A stretch of 63,005 nt of DNA from positions 1 to 63,005 of the forward strand of contig CAYQVD010000006.1 of assembly GCA_964421125.1 (NCBI GenBank). Reading direction: 5' to 3'. Under the pieces are notes generated by a model. That model was not told the DNA's origin, did no database searches, and saw nothing but the letters and a program-made list of their open reading frames with translations. The DNA comes from an uncultured Bdellovibrionales bacterium (GTDB lineage: Bacteria > Patescibacteriota > Minisyncoccia > Moranbacterales > DUUL01). The position numbers and the translations under genes were made by a program. Every line of letters begins with the position of its first letter. Position 1 is the first letter of the stretch. Below are positions 46,809 to 56,450 of the stretch, piece after piece.

Positions 46809-48188
46809 ATGAAAAATCAAAAATTCAAAATTTATCCCGTGAAATTGAATTTTTATTTAACTGGGACAATTCTTACCCTAATAATACTTTTTAGTTTTTT
46901 TGGGTTGGTGGGGAGTTCGGAGGCTAAAGAGTTGTTCGTTTCAACAACAGGCAATGATGATGTTACTTATGCCAACAATGACATTTCTCATTCATGGGCT
47001 ACTCCTGATAAGGCTTGGCATAATGCTCAAGCGGGAGACACTGTTAATTTTCGCTCTGGAATATATTATGTTAGCATTGCCATAGACACTAGATTTAACA
47101 GTTATGACGGAACGGTTGAAAATCCAATTATTTTTCAAAACTATCAGGAGGAATCTGTTACAATAGATTTTACTCAAATTATTGGGGACGACAATAGCGG
47201 ATTGCAAATTCAACGAAATTACAATTATATTGATGGAATAAATTTTGTTGCAGATAATTTTGATACTGCTGATGATTGTATAATTCGGCTTGGAGAAGAC
47301 AGTGCAACTACTGGATTTAAAATAACAAATTGTTCTCTCACATGCACATCTGCAGCAGGCACTGATAATGTCTGCCTGATTCGGACACATCCTGGGGCTG
47401 AGAATATAATTATAGAAGACAATATATTTACTGGGCCGAGTGGGGCATCTAGTTATGGTGTGTCTGGGATTCAAATGTTTAGAACTGGGATAATATCAAT
47501 TAATAGAAATGAAATTTCAAATTGTGCTATGGGTATTTTTCATAAACATTCTAATTACTGCTTGGATCAGGGATTTTATGTAACGAATAATTATATTTAT
47601 GACTGTGGAATTGGAATACGAACAATAACTAATTATGGTCATTACGAGAATAATTTAGTTGTAAACTGTTTACATTATGGTGTAAAATTAGGTGATAATG
47701 GGGGGACAGGATATTGTGGAGTTGGTGGAGACAATAACTTTTTTGATCATAATACTTTTTATAACACTATTCATCCGGTTGATATGGTAGAACAGTCCAA
47801 CACTTGTGACGATAATGAGTTTACAAACAATCTTTATGTGGAAAAACTCACACTATATGAATACAAAACTATTGTAGGAAGCATGACAACTACATCTAAT
47901 TATAATTTATATATGACGGGGAATATCATAAATGAGGCAGGAACTAATTATACTCTAGCAGAATGGCAAATTCAAAATTCTTCTGATACAAATTCGCTTT
48001 CTGGAGCGTCAACTTTTGTTGGTGGGGCTAATCCTTCTTTAATATCAGATTTTGCCTTGACTTCAGAATCATTAGGCTATCAAAGTGCTAGCGATGGAGA
48101 AGATATTGGAGTAGATGTTTCTTTGATAGGGGTAAATGCTGGTGATGAAACTCCACCATCCCATCCAACGGGGTTGAGTGTGGAATAG
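46809..48188 (+). CDS. Secreted right-handed beta-helix (pectate-lyase-fold-like) protein with C-terminal tail TPPSHPTGLSVE
   Basis: Signal FFGLVGSSEA, then repeated short N/G/I-rich ~22-aa turns (ITNCSL.., IEDNIFTG.., INRNEISN.., VTNNYIYD..). Confidence 0.6.
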   Translation: MKNQKFKIYPVKLNFYLTGTILTLIILFSFFGLVGSSEAKELFVSTTGNDDVTYANNDISHSWATPDKAWHNAQAGDTVNFRSGIYYVSIAIDTRFNSYDGTVENPIIFQNYQEESVTIDFTQIIGDDNSGLQIQRNYNYIDGINFVADNFDTADDCIIRLGEDSATTGFKITNCSLTCTSAAGTDNVCLIRTHPGAENIIIEDNIFTGPSGASSYGVSGIQMFRTGIISINRNEISNCAMGIFHKHSNYCLDQGFYVTNNYIYDCGIGIRTITNYGHYENNLVVNCLHYGVKLGDNGGTGYCGVGGDNNFFDHNTFYNTIHPVDMVEQSNTCDDNEFTNNLYVEKLTLYEYKTIVGSMTTTSNYNLYMTGNIINEAGTNYTLAEWQIQNSSDTNSLSGASTFVGGANPSLISDFALTSESLGYQSASDGEDIGVDVSLIGVNAGDETPPSHPTGLSVE

Positions 48189-48370
48189 GAAAGCAAATTT
48201 CCAATTTCCAATTTCTAATTTTAAAACCTTGCCTCTTCAGCAGGCAGGCAATTTCCAATTTCCAAATGTCTAAATTTACAAAATACAAAAAAGTTTATTT
48301 ACCCTATGGAATAAAAATGATTACACAGGGTAAATAAAGTTTTAAAAAGGATTAAAATAAAATTACATTT
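48143..48370 (+). repeat. Conserved cassette junction, copy 2
   Basis: Same module as 46570-46808, with an internal deletion in the hairpin and an extra hairpin ttgcct...aggcaa. Confidence 0.8.
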
Positions 48371-48410
48371 ATTACCATTCGCCTACATATGGTAGTGAGT
48401 GAAAAAAATT

Positions 48411-49784
48411 ATGAAAAATCAAAAATTTAAAACAATCCTCACTCTGATAATATCCTTTGGTTTTTTTGGTTTGGTGGGGAGTTCGGAGGCGGCGGATCAT
48501 TATGTCAGCCCAACTGGCTCAGATACTTGGGAAAATAGTATTAACACTAACACTCCTTGTGATTTTGAAACAGCAATTAGTAATGCTCAGGCGGGTGATG
48601 TTGTATATTTATTAGATGGAACATATATTGATGAAGACCCGTCAGAGCATCATCCCTACAGTGCATTTAATCCTTCTTATTCTGGAACAGCTGGTTCTCC
48701 AATTATCTTTAAATCATTAAATCCACATGAAGCAATTATTAGAGCTAAAAATTTCCCTGGAGAATTTACGGCCATGGGACTTGATAATAGAGATTATATA
48801 ACTCTTGAGGATTTTACAATAATTGGTGGTTTGAAGCTTTATTATTGTGACAATATAATCGTAAGAAACATTGAATTAACCGGGGGTTTTTATTCTCCAA
48901 GTGACCCCAGTCTTAATTGGGGCATTGGCCTTTCAATTGTTAATAATTCACTTGTTGAAAATTGTAAGGTTTCTAATATGGTCGATTCAGGAAATAGCTC
49001 TCATAACACTGCTTGTATTATGCTATTTGGTCCTAGCGATAATAATATCATACAGCGCAATGAAGTAGATGGAAATAATAAAATTATTTATAGCGGTTAT
49101 GGAACAAAAGCGGGGGATATGGATTATAATATTTGGAGATATAATTTTGCAAACAATGTGATATCTGGTTTTTTAGGAATGGGTTCAACTGATGAATTAA
49201 CTGATACAACTAACAATACATATTACGATAATCTTGTAATAAATAGCACAAATGCTTTTGATTTAAATCACGGAGTAATTGATTATATAATTCATGATAA
49301 TACAGCATATAATGTTGATAATTTTTCATCAGCAGGCAAAAATTCAAATATAGATAATGTTCTATGGAACAATGTTTCAGCTGGTCAAAATAGATTCATC
49401 TCTTGGTCTGGATATCCAGATGCATTGCCATTCTCAAGTCTATTGTATTCTTCAAATTATAATTGTATTTATGATTTTTCCGAAATTGCTTTTAGGGAGA
49501 AATCTCCAACACTGCATTATTATGATTTTGCAGAATGGCAAGGTTCAGGAGTTTTAGGCGATGGAAATTATCCTGATTTAAATTCTGTTAATGAAGACCC
49601 GTCATTTGTAGATTTAAGTGGAACAATGTCAGAAATTCAAGATTTTGAATTAGGCGGTAGTTCTCCTTGTAGCGGAGTTGGAAAGTATAGTGATGACATG
49701 GGCGCAGATGTTTCAACTGTTGGTATCCAATCCACTTCCGACACCACCTCACCGTCTCATCCAACGGGGTTGAGTGTGGAGTAG
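48411..49784 (+). CDS. Secreted right-handed beta-helix protein with C-terminal tail TSPSHPTGLSVE
   Basis: MKNQKFK...FFGLVGSSEA has a 5' end identical at the DNA level to 46809..48188. Beta-helix-like repeats follow. ATG 48411 is preferred over GTG 48399. Confidence 0.6.
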   Translation: MKNQKFKTILTLIISFGFFGLVGSSEAADHYVSPTGSDTWENSINTNTPCDFETAISNAQAGDVVYLLDGTYIDEDPSEHHPYSAFNPSYSGTAGSPIIFKSLNPHEAIIRAKNFPGEFTAMGLDNRDYITLEDFTIIGGLKLYYCDNIIVRNIELTGGFYSPSDPSLNWGIGLSIVNNSLVENCKVSNMVDSGNSSHNTACIMLFGPSDNNIIQRNEVDGNNKIIYSGYGTKAGDMDYNIWRYNFANNVISGFLGMGSTDELTDTTNNTYYDNLVINSTNAFDLNHGVIDYIIHDNTAYNVDNFSSAGKNSNIDNVLWNNVSAGQNRFISWSGYPDALPFSSLLYSSNYNCIYDFSEIAFREKSPTLHYYDFAEWQGSGVLGDGNYPDLNSVNEDPSFVDLSGTMSEIQDFELGGSSPCSGVGKYSDDMGADVSTVGIQSTSDTTSPSHPTGLSVE

Positions 49785-49854
49785 ATAGAAAATTTTGTAA
49801 TTTGTTAAGTAACATGTTAAGTAAGTATAATTACTTAACATGGTAATCGGACTA

Positions 49855-49914
49855 ATGGATCCCCGCCTTGCGCCACCGCTAAAGCTAAGGCGACACGCGG
49901 TCGCGGGGATGACA
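49855..49914. repeat. Palindromic repeat family copy with an expanded GC-rich loop
   Basis: atGGATCCCCGC...(gcgccaccgctaaagctaaggcgacacgc)...GCGGGGATgaca. Confidence 0.75.
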
Positions 49915-49954
49915 AAAGAGACAATGACAAAAGTAATGGGAGGTGAAATAATAA

Positions 49955-49990
49955 ACGTAAGGATGGACGTAAGGACGTACGTCCTTACGT
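49955..49990. promoter_or_regulatory. Candidate operator: 24-bp perfect palindrome plus an extra half-site
   Basis: acgtaaggacgt|acgtccttacgt (49967-49990), preceded by acgtaagga (49955-49963), about 25 nt upstream of the ATG at 50016. Confidence 0.35.
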
Positions 49991-50015
49991 AATGAGAAGT
50001 TAAATGTAAAATGAA

Positions 50016-50357
50016 ATGAAAAATTTACCTAAAGAGGAGATTGCAATTAAAATCATTCGCTGGTTATTTCTTTTTAATGGTTTTGTTTTTATTGTGTTTG
50101 GAGGAGTGCATCTTTTTCGAGGTGCATGGGTGTTGGCAATTTTGTTTGTCGTTGATGCGATCGTGTTTCTTTGGTTGAATCGAGTGATTGGGAAGAAGAA
50201 GAGATTGATTTTTTATTTTGCTATTATTTTTATTGGAGTGAATATTATTTTAATAATCATTGATCAGCTTGGGGTGATTGACTTGATTTTTCTTCTTTTG
50301 GAGAGTGTTTTGTTTGTGATGATTTTGGGGAATAAAAAATATCTTGCTTTGAGATAA
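50016..50357 (+). CDS. Small polytopic membrane protein, unknown function
   Basis: 113 aa with 3-4 hydrophobic segments. Confidence 0.5.
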   Translation: MKNLPKEEIAIKIIRWLFLFNGFVFIVFGGVHLFRGAWVLAILFVVDAIVFLWLNRVIGKKKRLIFYFAIIFIGVNIILIIIDQLGVIDLIFLLLESVLFVMILGNKKYLALR

Positions 50358-50662
50358 TATTGTTATGGATTTTGCAGGGTTCAAGGCAGGAGCCATTGAA
50401 CCCACATTGAATATTTTGTTTGTGATAATCTTAGGGAATAAGAAATATCTTGCTCTGAGATAATCTAATTTTTTTTCATAGTATGCTTTTATATTCCTTT
50501 TTAGTTGCAAATGCGTGTGTTTTAGGTAGAATAAGTGTATCAATTTTTTGTAGAAATTGAGGTGTTTTGTAGAAGAAAGGATTATTAATTTTTTCACTGG
50601 TTAAAAATTGATTTATTTATATTTTTTTAGTGTAGTTTCTATAAATTAAAATCTTTCTTTGA

Positions 50663-50690
50663 CTGGATCCCCGCCTACGCGGGGATGACA
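50663..50690. repeat. Palindromic repeat family copy
   Basis: ctGGATCCCCGC-ctac-GCGGGGATgaca, just upstream of dnaG. Confidence 0.85.
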
Positions 50691-50714
50691 AGTGGGAGGA
50701 TGATACTTATATAA

Positions 50715-52508
50715 ATGCCAGAAGTAACTGATCAGATAAAAGAGAGATTGGGAGTCGCTGAGGTGATTGGCGAGTATTTGAAATTGGAGAAGGCTGGTTC
50801 GAATTATAAGGCCTTGTGTCCGTTTCATAATGAGAAGACTCCATCGTTTATGGTGAATACTGAAAAGAATTTTTGGTATTGTTTTGGTTGTCAAAAAGGA
50901 GGGGATATTTTTTCTTTTGTGATGGAAATGGAGGGATTGGAATTTCGAGAAGCATTAGAACGATTGGCTGATAAAGCTCATGTTGAGATTCCACGTTTTC
51001 AGAAAGTTGATAAAAAAGAAAAAGGACGAAAGCAAAGACTTTTTGAAATTCTTGATTGGGCAACAAAATTTTATCAACATCAACTTCATCAAAGCAGTAA
51101 TACTGGTAAGATTGTTGAATATTTGAAGAAACGAGGAATTGATGACAATCAAACTGCAAATTTTAGAATTGGTTATGCACCGGATGGTTGGAGAAATTTA
51201 TTGAGTTTTCTTTTGCAAAAAGGATATAATTTAGGAGATATTAATGCGACGGGATTGTTAGTTCAAAAGGAGAATTCTCCAGAGAGTTCATCGGAAAGTT
51301 TTTATGATCGTTTTCGGGATCGGATTATTTTTCCAGTAATTGATGTTAATGGGAAAATTGTTGGCTATTCTGCGAGAGTAGCACCAGGTGGTGATGAGAA
51401 AAGTGCGAAGTATGTGAACACTCCTCAAACAGAAATTTATGATAAGAGTAAAGTTCTTTATGGTCTTTATCAGGCTAAGACAGAAATTAAAAAACAAAAT
51501 TGTGCAATTGCAGTGGAGGGAAATTTGGATGTGGTAGCTTCTTTTGTGGCCGGAATTGAAAATACAATTGCTATCTCAGGAACTGCGTTGACTGAAGAAC
51601 ATGCAAAAATTATTAAAAGATATGCAGAGAAAGTGAAGTTGTGTTTTGATATGGATGAAGCGGGGCAGAATGCAATGAAAAAAAGTACAAAGACTTGTTT
51701 GGAGGCGGGGCTTGAAGTTGAAATAATAACTATGCCTGATGGCGTAAAAGATGTTAATGACTTGGTGACTGAAAATCGGGGGAAAGAATGGGTTGAATTG
51801 ACTGAGAATTCAAGAGAAGTTTTAGATTATTTTTTTACTTCAATTAGTGAGAAGTATAACAGGGATGAATCATCCGGAAGAAAGAAGATCGCTCATGAGC
51901 TTTTGAATGTTATTAAGGATATTGCAGATCCGATTGAGCAGAGTTATTGGTTAAAAAAACTTTCAAGTTTAGTTGAGGTTGATGAGGAGCGATTGACACA
52001 AGTACTAGAAAAGGTTAAAGTTAAAGAGTCGATTTTAGAAAAAAGAGAAACAAAATCGAATGTTAAAGAATCGAATCCAGATGAGAAGGGGAAAACAAGA
52101 ATAGATGTTCTCCAAGAAAGATTGTTGGGGATTTTTGGTTTATATACAAATGAGCTTTCTAAGGAATCTGATAATATAGGTGATGATTTTTTTGAAGATA
52201 GATATAAGGAAACTTGGAAAGCATTGAAAGATGGAAAAAGAAATTTATTTGAAGAAGAACTGAATAAGTTTGAAACAGCCGTGAAATATAGTTTTGATGA
52301 GAAAGAAGGATTCACGGAAAATGAAATTGATTCACAAAAAGAATGGAAAATATTAGTTGAAGAGGTGGAGAAAGCAAGGAATAAAGAAGCGCTAAAAAAA
52401 ATTGCTTGGGATATTAAGAGGGCTCAGGAAGTAGGAGATGAAGAAACGGAAGATTTGCTTTTACAAGAATTTCAACGTCTTTCTTCTGAGAAGAGTGGTA
52501 ATGAATAA
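50715..52508 (+). CDS. dnaG: DNA primase
   Basis: Zn-finger CPFHNEKTPSFMVNTEKNFWYCFGCQKGGD and the TOPRIM region AVEGNLDV... Confidence 0.9.
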   Translation: MPEVTDQIKERLGVAEVIGEYLKLEKAGSNYKALCPFHNEKTPSFMVNTEKNFWYCFGCQKGGDIFSFVMEMEGLEFREALERLADKAHVEIPRFQKVDKKEKGRKQRLFEILDWATKFYQHQLHQSSNTGKIVEYLKKRGIDDNQTANFRIGYAPDGWRNLLSFLLQKGYNLGDINATGLLVQKENSPESSSESFYDRFRDRIIFPVIDVNGKIVGYSARVAPGGDEKSAKYVNTPQTEIYDKSKVLYGLYQAKTEIKKQNCAIAVEGNLDVVASFVAGIENTIAISGTALTEEHAKIIKRYAEKVKLCFDMDEAGQNAMKKSTKTCLEAGLEVEIITMPDGVKDVNDLVTENRGKEWVELTENSREVLDYFFTSISEKYNRDESSGRKKIAHELLNVIKDIADPIEQSYWLKKLSSLVEVDEERLTQVLEKVKVKESILEKRETKSNVKESNPDEKGKTRIDVLQERLLGIFGLYTNELSKESDNIGDDFFEDRYKETWKALKDGKRNLFEEELNKFETAVKYSFDEKEGFTENEIDSQKEWKILVEEVEKARNKEALKKIAWDIKRAQEVGDEETEDLLLQEFQRLSSEKSGNE

Positions 52509-52552
52509 GCAATGTGGTTTTTGGATAAAAACTTTTAATAAAATTTATATTT

Positions 52553-54013
52553 ATGGCTAATACTAAAAAAACAACTAAAAAGAAGATAGTGAAAAAAGCC
52601 ACTTCGAAAAAGCGAAGAGTTGTTTCTCCAAAAAAAAAGAAAAGTATTATAGCGAAAAAGAAAGCTATAAAAAAAACAACTAAAATTCAACCACGAAAAA
52701 AAGCTTCTCAAAAGAAGGTTGTTTTGAAGACTAGAAAAGTAAAAAAAACTGAGCCTAAAAAAAGGAAGACTGCGGTATCAAAAATTAAAGCTCCTGTTGT
52801 TGAGAAAAAGAAGACAAAGAAAATAGCTCTTTCTCGAAATCAGAAAAAACTTGAGAAGGCTCGAGAAATGACTCGACAGAAAAAGGAAGAGAATTCTAAG
52901 GAGAAAAAGGAACAGAAAAAGGATTCAGAGTCAGAGCTTCTTGTTAAGAGAGGAAAACAAAGAGGTTTTATTACGGAAGATGAAATTCTTCATGCGCTGG
53001 GTGATGTTGAAAAGGATATTGAAACTTTGGAGGAATTTTATGGTCAAGTTGAAAAATTAGGAATTAAGATTATTTCTTCTGATGAGATTCTTAAGAATGA
53101 AATTGAAAAAGAAGCGGAAAATCAAAGAGCTAAAAAGAAAGAGCCTGCTAAGAGCAGGCGGACTATTGGTGGAGACGAAGTGAGTACTACTGATTCAATT
53201 CAGATGTATCTTCGAGAAATTGGGAAAGTCCCACTTTTAACTGGGGAAGAAGAGGTTTCTCTTGCAAAGGGAATTGAAAGAGGTGATCAATCTTCAAAGC
53301 AACAATTGACTGAGGCAAATTTGCGTTTGGTTGTTTCGATTGCCAAGAAATATGTTGGAAGAAGTCATAATCTTTCTTTTCTTGATTTAATTCAAGAGGG
53401 GAATATTGGTTTGTTTCGAGCAGTAGAGAAATTTGATTATAAGAAAGGATATAAGTTTTCAACTTATGCAACTTGGTGGATTCGTCAAGCGATCACTCGA
53501 GCAATTGCTGATCAATCTCGAACGATTAGAATTCCAGTTCATATGGTTGAAACTATTAATAAATATATTCAAGTAACCAGAAGACTTGTTCAGGAGTTGG
53601 GGCGGGAACCATTGCCAGAGGAAGTGGCATCTGAAATGAACTTGGAGGTTGCAAAAGTTCGACATATTATGAAGGTTTCTCAGGAAACTGTTTCTCTGGA
53701 AACTTCAATTGGTGATGATGATAGCGAAAGTGTTTTGAGCGATTTTATTGAGGACACTGAAACTGTTAGGCCAAATCAGGAAGCATCAAGGACTCTTTTG
53801 AAAAATCACATCACTGAAGTTTTGGATAAACTTTCTTTACGAGAGCAGAAGATTTTAAAAATTCGATTTGGACTTGAAGATGGAGTTACTCACACACTTG
53901 AAGAAGTGGGAAATGAGTTTGGTGTGACTCGAGAACGAATTCGACAAATCGAAGCAAAGACTTTGGAAAAAATCCGGGAGATGAAGGGGATGAAGAAGTT
54001 GAAGGATTACTAA
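52553..54013 (+). CDS. rpoD: Primary sigma-70 factor with a ~130-aa lysine-rich N-terminal extension
   Basis: Regions 2-4: [54 protein letters not shown] and the C-terminal [20 protein letters not shown]. Confidence 0.9.
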   Translation: MANTKKTTKKKIVKKATSKKRRVVSPKKKKSIIAKKKAIKKTTKIQPRKKASQKKVVLKTRKVKKTEPKKRKTAVSKIKAPVVEKKKTKKIALSRNQKKLEKAREMTRQKKEENSKEKKEQKKDSESELLVKRGKQRGFITEDEILHALGDVEKDIETLEEFYGQVEKLGIKIISSDEILKNEIEKEAENQRAKKKEPAKSRRTIGGDEVSTTDSIQMYLREIGKVPLLTGEEEVSLAKGIERGDQSSKQQLTEANLRLVVSIAKKYVGRSHNLSFLDLIQEGNIGLFRAVEKFDYKKGYKFSTYATWWIRQAITRAIADQSRTIRIPVHMVETINKYIQVTRRLVQELGREPLPEEVASEMNLEVAKVRHIMKVSQETVSLETSIGDDDSESVLSDFIEDTETVRPNQEASRTLLKNHITEVLDKLSLREQKILKIRFGLEDGVTHTLEEVGNEFGVTRERIRQIEAKTLEKIREMKGMKKLKDY

Positions 54014-54088
54014 ATCTTGGTAATTAGTATTTGGTATATTGTGATTGGCTTCGTCAGGTCTGGCGAAGTCAGATTTTTAAAGAAATCC

Positions 54089-54895
54089 ATGTATAATAGA
54101 AAAAAAGTGTATACACCACTATTTAATTTATTTTTCAATTTTGAGGAAAGTTTTTATAAAAGAAATAGTTCAGGAGAAGTAATAAATTTGGATGAAATTC
54201 TATCTGGTGACTTAAAGGCTCCTTATAACATATTTAAAGCTATTGATAATTCTTTTTATAATAACTTTAAAATAATAAATGACTTACTTATTGAAAGAAT
54301 ACTTGAAGATCGAGAGGGGCTTGGAAAAGATAAGAAAGCCTTTCTTAAACTTAGAGTTGACTTAATAAACTTTTTTATCTTTTTAAGAATACAAATGGAT
54401 AAGATCGCTGAATTGACAACTTACTTTTATGATGATGAAGAAATAACTGGAAAGAAAAGAGGGTCATTTCATAGGCAGAAGAACTGGTGGCTTAAAGAAG
54501 GAGAACATTTGGATAAAGATTATGCGAATATAATTAAGTCTAAGACAAAATGGTTTGACGAGCTGAATAATGAAATGGGGTTGCGCGATGGGGTAGTTCA
54601 CAAAAATATGAACATTCATATTGATACAAAAAATTATGAGTTGAAAGGAGCAATTATAAAAAAAACAAAAGGTCATTTAACAGTAGGTGAGACAGAAGAG
54701 GTGTTGAGCGAGATGAGGAAGCATCTTGAAGGTTTCTATGATTTTTGTAGAGAGTACGAAGTATATTTTTTGAATAAAATAAAGTCTGAAATTAAATTTA
54801 AAGAGAAAGACTATTGGTATGATAGTGAAAGTGTTGAAACGCTGTTTGAGAATAGTGGTCTAATGGAATCTATTAATTACGATTTTATGCAATAG
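54089..54895 (+). CDS. Hypothetical protein
   Basis: ORF with no motif I recognise. ATG 54089 is preferred over the TTG at 54017. Confidence 0.45.
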   Translation: MYNRKKVYTPLFNLFFNFEESFYKRNSSGEVINLDEILSGDLKAPYNIFKAIDNSFYNNFKIINDLLIERILEDREGLGKDKKAFLKLRVDLINFFIFLRIQMDKIAELTTYFYDDEEITGKKRGSFHRQKNWWLKEGEHLDKDYANIIKSKTKWFDELNNEMGLRDGVVHKNMNIHIDTKNYELKGAIIKKTKGHLTVGETEEVLSEMRKHLEGFYDFCREYEVYFLNKIKSEIKFKEKDYWYDSESVETLFENSGLMESINYDFMQ

Positions 54896-54928
54896 CTTGG
54901 ATAGTAGTGATGTATAAAAGTTATTTTG

Positions 54929-54958
54929 AAACAGGGTTAACAGCCTTGTTTTGTTTTT
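54929..54958 (+). terminator. Candidate rho-independent terminator
   Basis: aacaggg-ttaacag-ccttgtt followed by ttgttttt. Confidence 0.45.
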
Positions 54959-55072
54959 CATTTTAATTTTCCGCTTTGTGAAATGTGTTACTATGAATTC
55001 AGATGAAAAAAATAAGTTTAATTAATGTAAAATAAATGTTAGAATTGATTGTATTATAAGTGGGGAATTATT

Positions 55073-56239
55073 ATGAATTTATTAAAAAAGGAAATTAAAA
55101 TTCAATATGGGTTATTGGTGGTTTTGTTGGCGGCTGTTATCGGCGGTGGTTTTGTTTGGTTATTTTCTGAAAGGATAATAAAAGAAGTTGAAGTTCCTCC
55201 GATTTTGGTGAAAATTGAAAAAAAGGCGCCAAGAATTCCTGATGATTTTGTGCCAGTTGAAAGACCGATTCCAGATTCAGTGAGCATGAAAAAGGTTAAA
55301 GCAAAAGGTTGTGTGACAGATGGATTGCTTTCAGAATATAGTCCAGAAAATGAAGATTTTATTGATTTGATTAATCGATCAGAATGCTATTATATGCATC
55401 GAGCAATTGAGACTTGGTTAAAGCCACCAGATTTTCAAACAATTGATTACGTGATGACTAAAATCGAAAAAGAAAATGTTGTTTATGGAATGTTTATTGC
55501 TGAAGCGATTGACACGAAGGCGGAGTATTTTAATGAATATGAAAAACGATATTTTGATTTTGATGCGATGTGCAGAGAGGGGAGTAAGAACGTTTGGGGA
55601 GAACATTCTTGCAAACCAAATTTTTCAAATAAGGAATATCGAGATTATATTAAATATATAACTAGGAAAGCGATTGATCTTGGAATTCAAAGTTTTACTT
55701 TTGGACAAATTTATATGCAAGAGGGAGGAGAGAAGGATTATGCGCCTCAGATTGTGGATGACATTCGAGATTATGCAGATGAGAAAGGAGTAAATGTGAT
55801 TATTGGTGCTCAGACTGGATCAATAACAGATGAAAAATACTTAGGAATTTTTGATTATATCGAAGGGGGTGTTGGGATTGATGATGATGGAAATATTGAA
55901 GATGGGCCGTGTCTTTCGAGGATGGAAAGTTGCTGGGGACTGCTTTGGCATGAGAACTTTTCTTCTAAGGCGGAAAATGTTTTGTTGCACTTGGATTGGT
56001 CGGGAATCAAGTCAGATGATTTGGATCGATTTGCACGAATGAGTGATGAGAAAAGAGCGGAAACTTTGGGTGAATTATATGGATATTTTACTTCAAAAGA
56101 CATGGGATTTTTAATGCCATTTTTCGGAGTGCTTGATAAGAGAAATGGTGGTTGTTATGGACCGGGAAAACGTTATTATTCGCCCGACAAACAATATTCT
56201 TGTGGGGATGAAAATATGATTAATAAACTGATAGAATAA
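55073..56239 (+). CDS. Membrane-anchored hypothetical protein
   Basis: N-terminal TM LLVVLLAAVIGGGFVWLF. ATG 55073 is preceded by gtgggga. No family recognised. Confidence 0.5.
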   Translation: MNLLKKEIKIQYGLLVVLLAAVIGGGFVWLFSERIIKEVEVPPILVKIEKKAPRIPDDFVPVERPIPDSVSMKKVKAKGCVTDGLLSEYSPENEDFIDLINRSECYYMHRAIETWLKPPDFQTIDYVMTKIEKENVVYGMFIAEAIDTKAEYFNEYEKRYFDFDAMCREGSKNVWGEHSCKPNFSNKEYRDYIKYITRKAIDLGIQSFTFGQIYMQEGGEKDYAPQIVDDIRDYADEKGVNVIIGAQTGSITDEKYLGIFDYIEGGVGIDDDGNIEDGPCLSRMESCWGLLWHENFSSKAENVLLHLDWSGIKSDDLDRFARMSDEKRAETLGELYGYFTSKDMGFLMPFFGVLDKRNGGCYGPGKRYYSPDKQYSCGDENMINKLIE

Positions 56240-56313
56240 TGTTATTTGTAGTTTGGGAAATTTTTTAGATAAAATTAAAAATTACTAATTACGGATTATT
56301 AATTATTGGGATG

Positions 56314-56341
56314 TTGACAAAATGGTTAAAATGTGTATAAT
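56314..56341 (+). promoter_or_regulatory. Candidate sigma-70 promoter of the DGR target gene
   Basis: TTGACA-16 nt-TATAAT. Confidence 0.55.
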
Positions 56342-56450
56342 ATATTGAATGCATGGAATGGTGCATTTGTTCTTAAGAATGGCGAGTCTGGGGCGTTGGC
56401 ATTGAGGCTGATGTGAGGGGTAAGCTAAAAAAATGAAAAGGAGAATTGTC

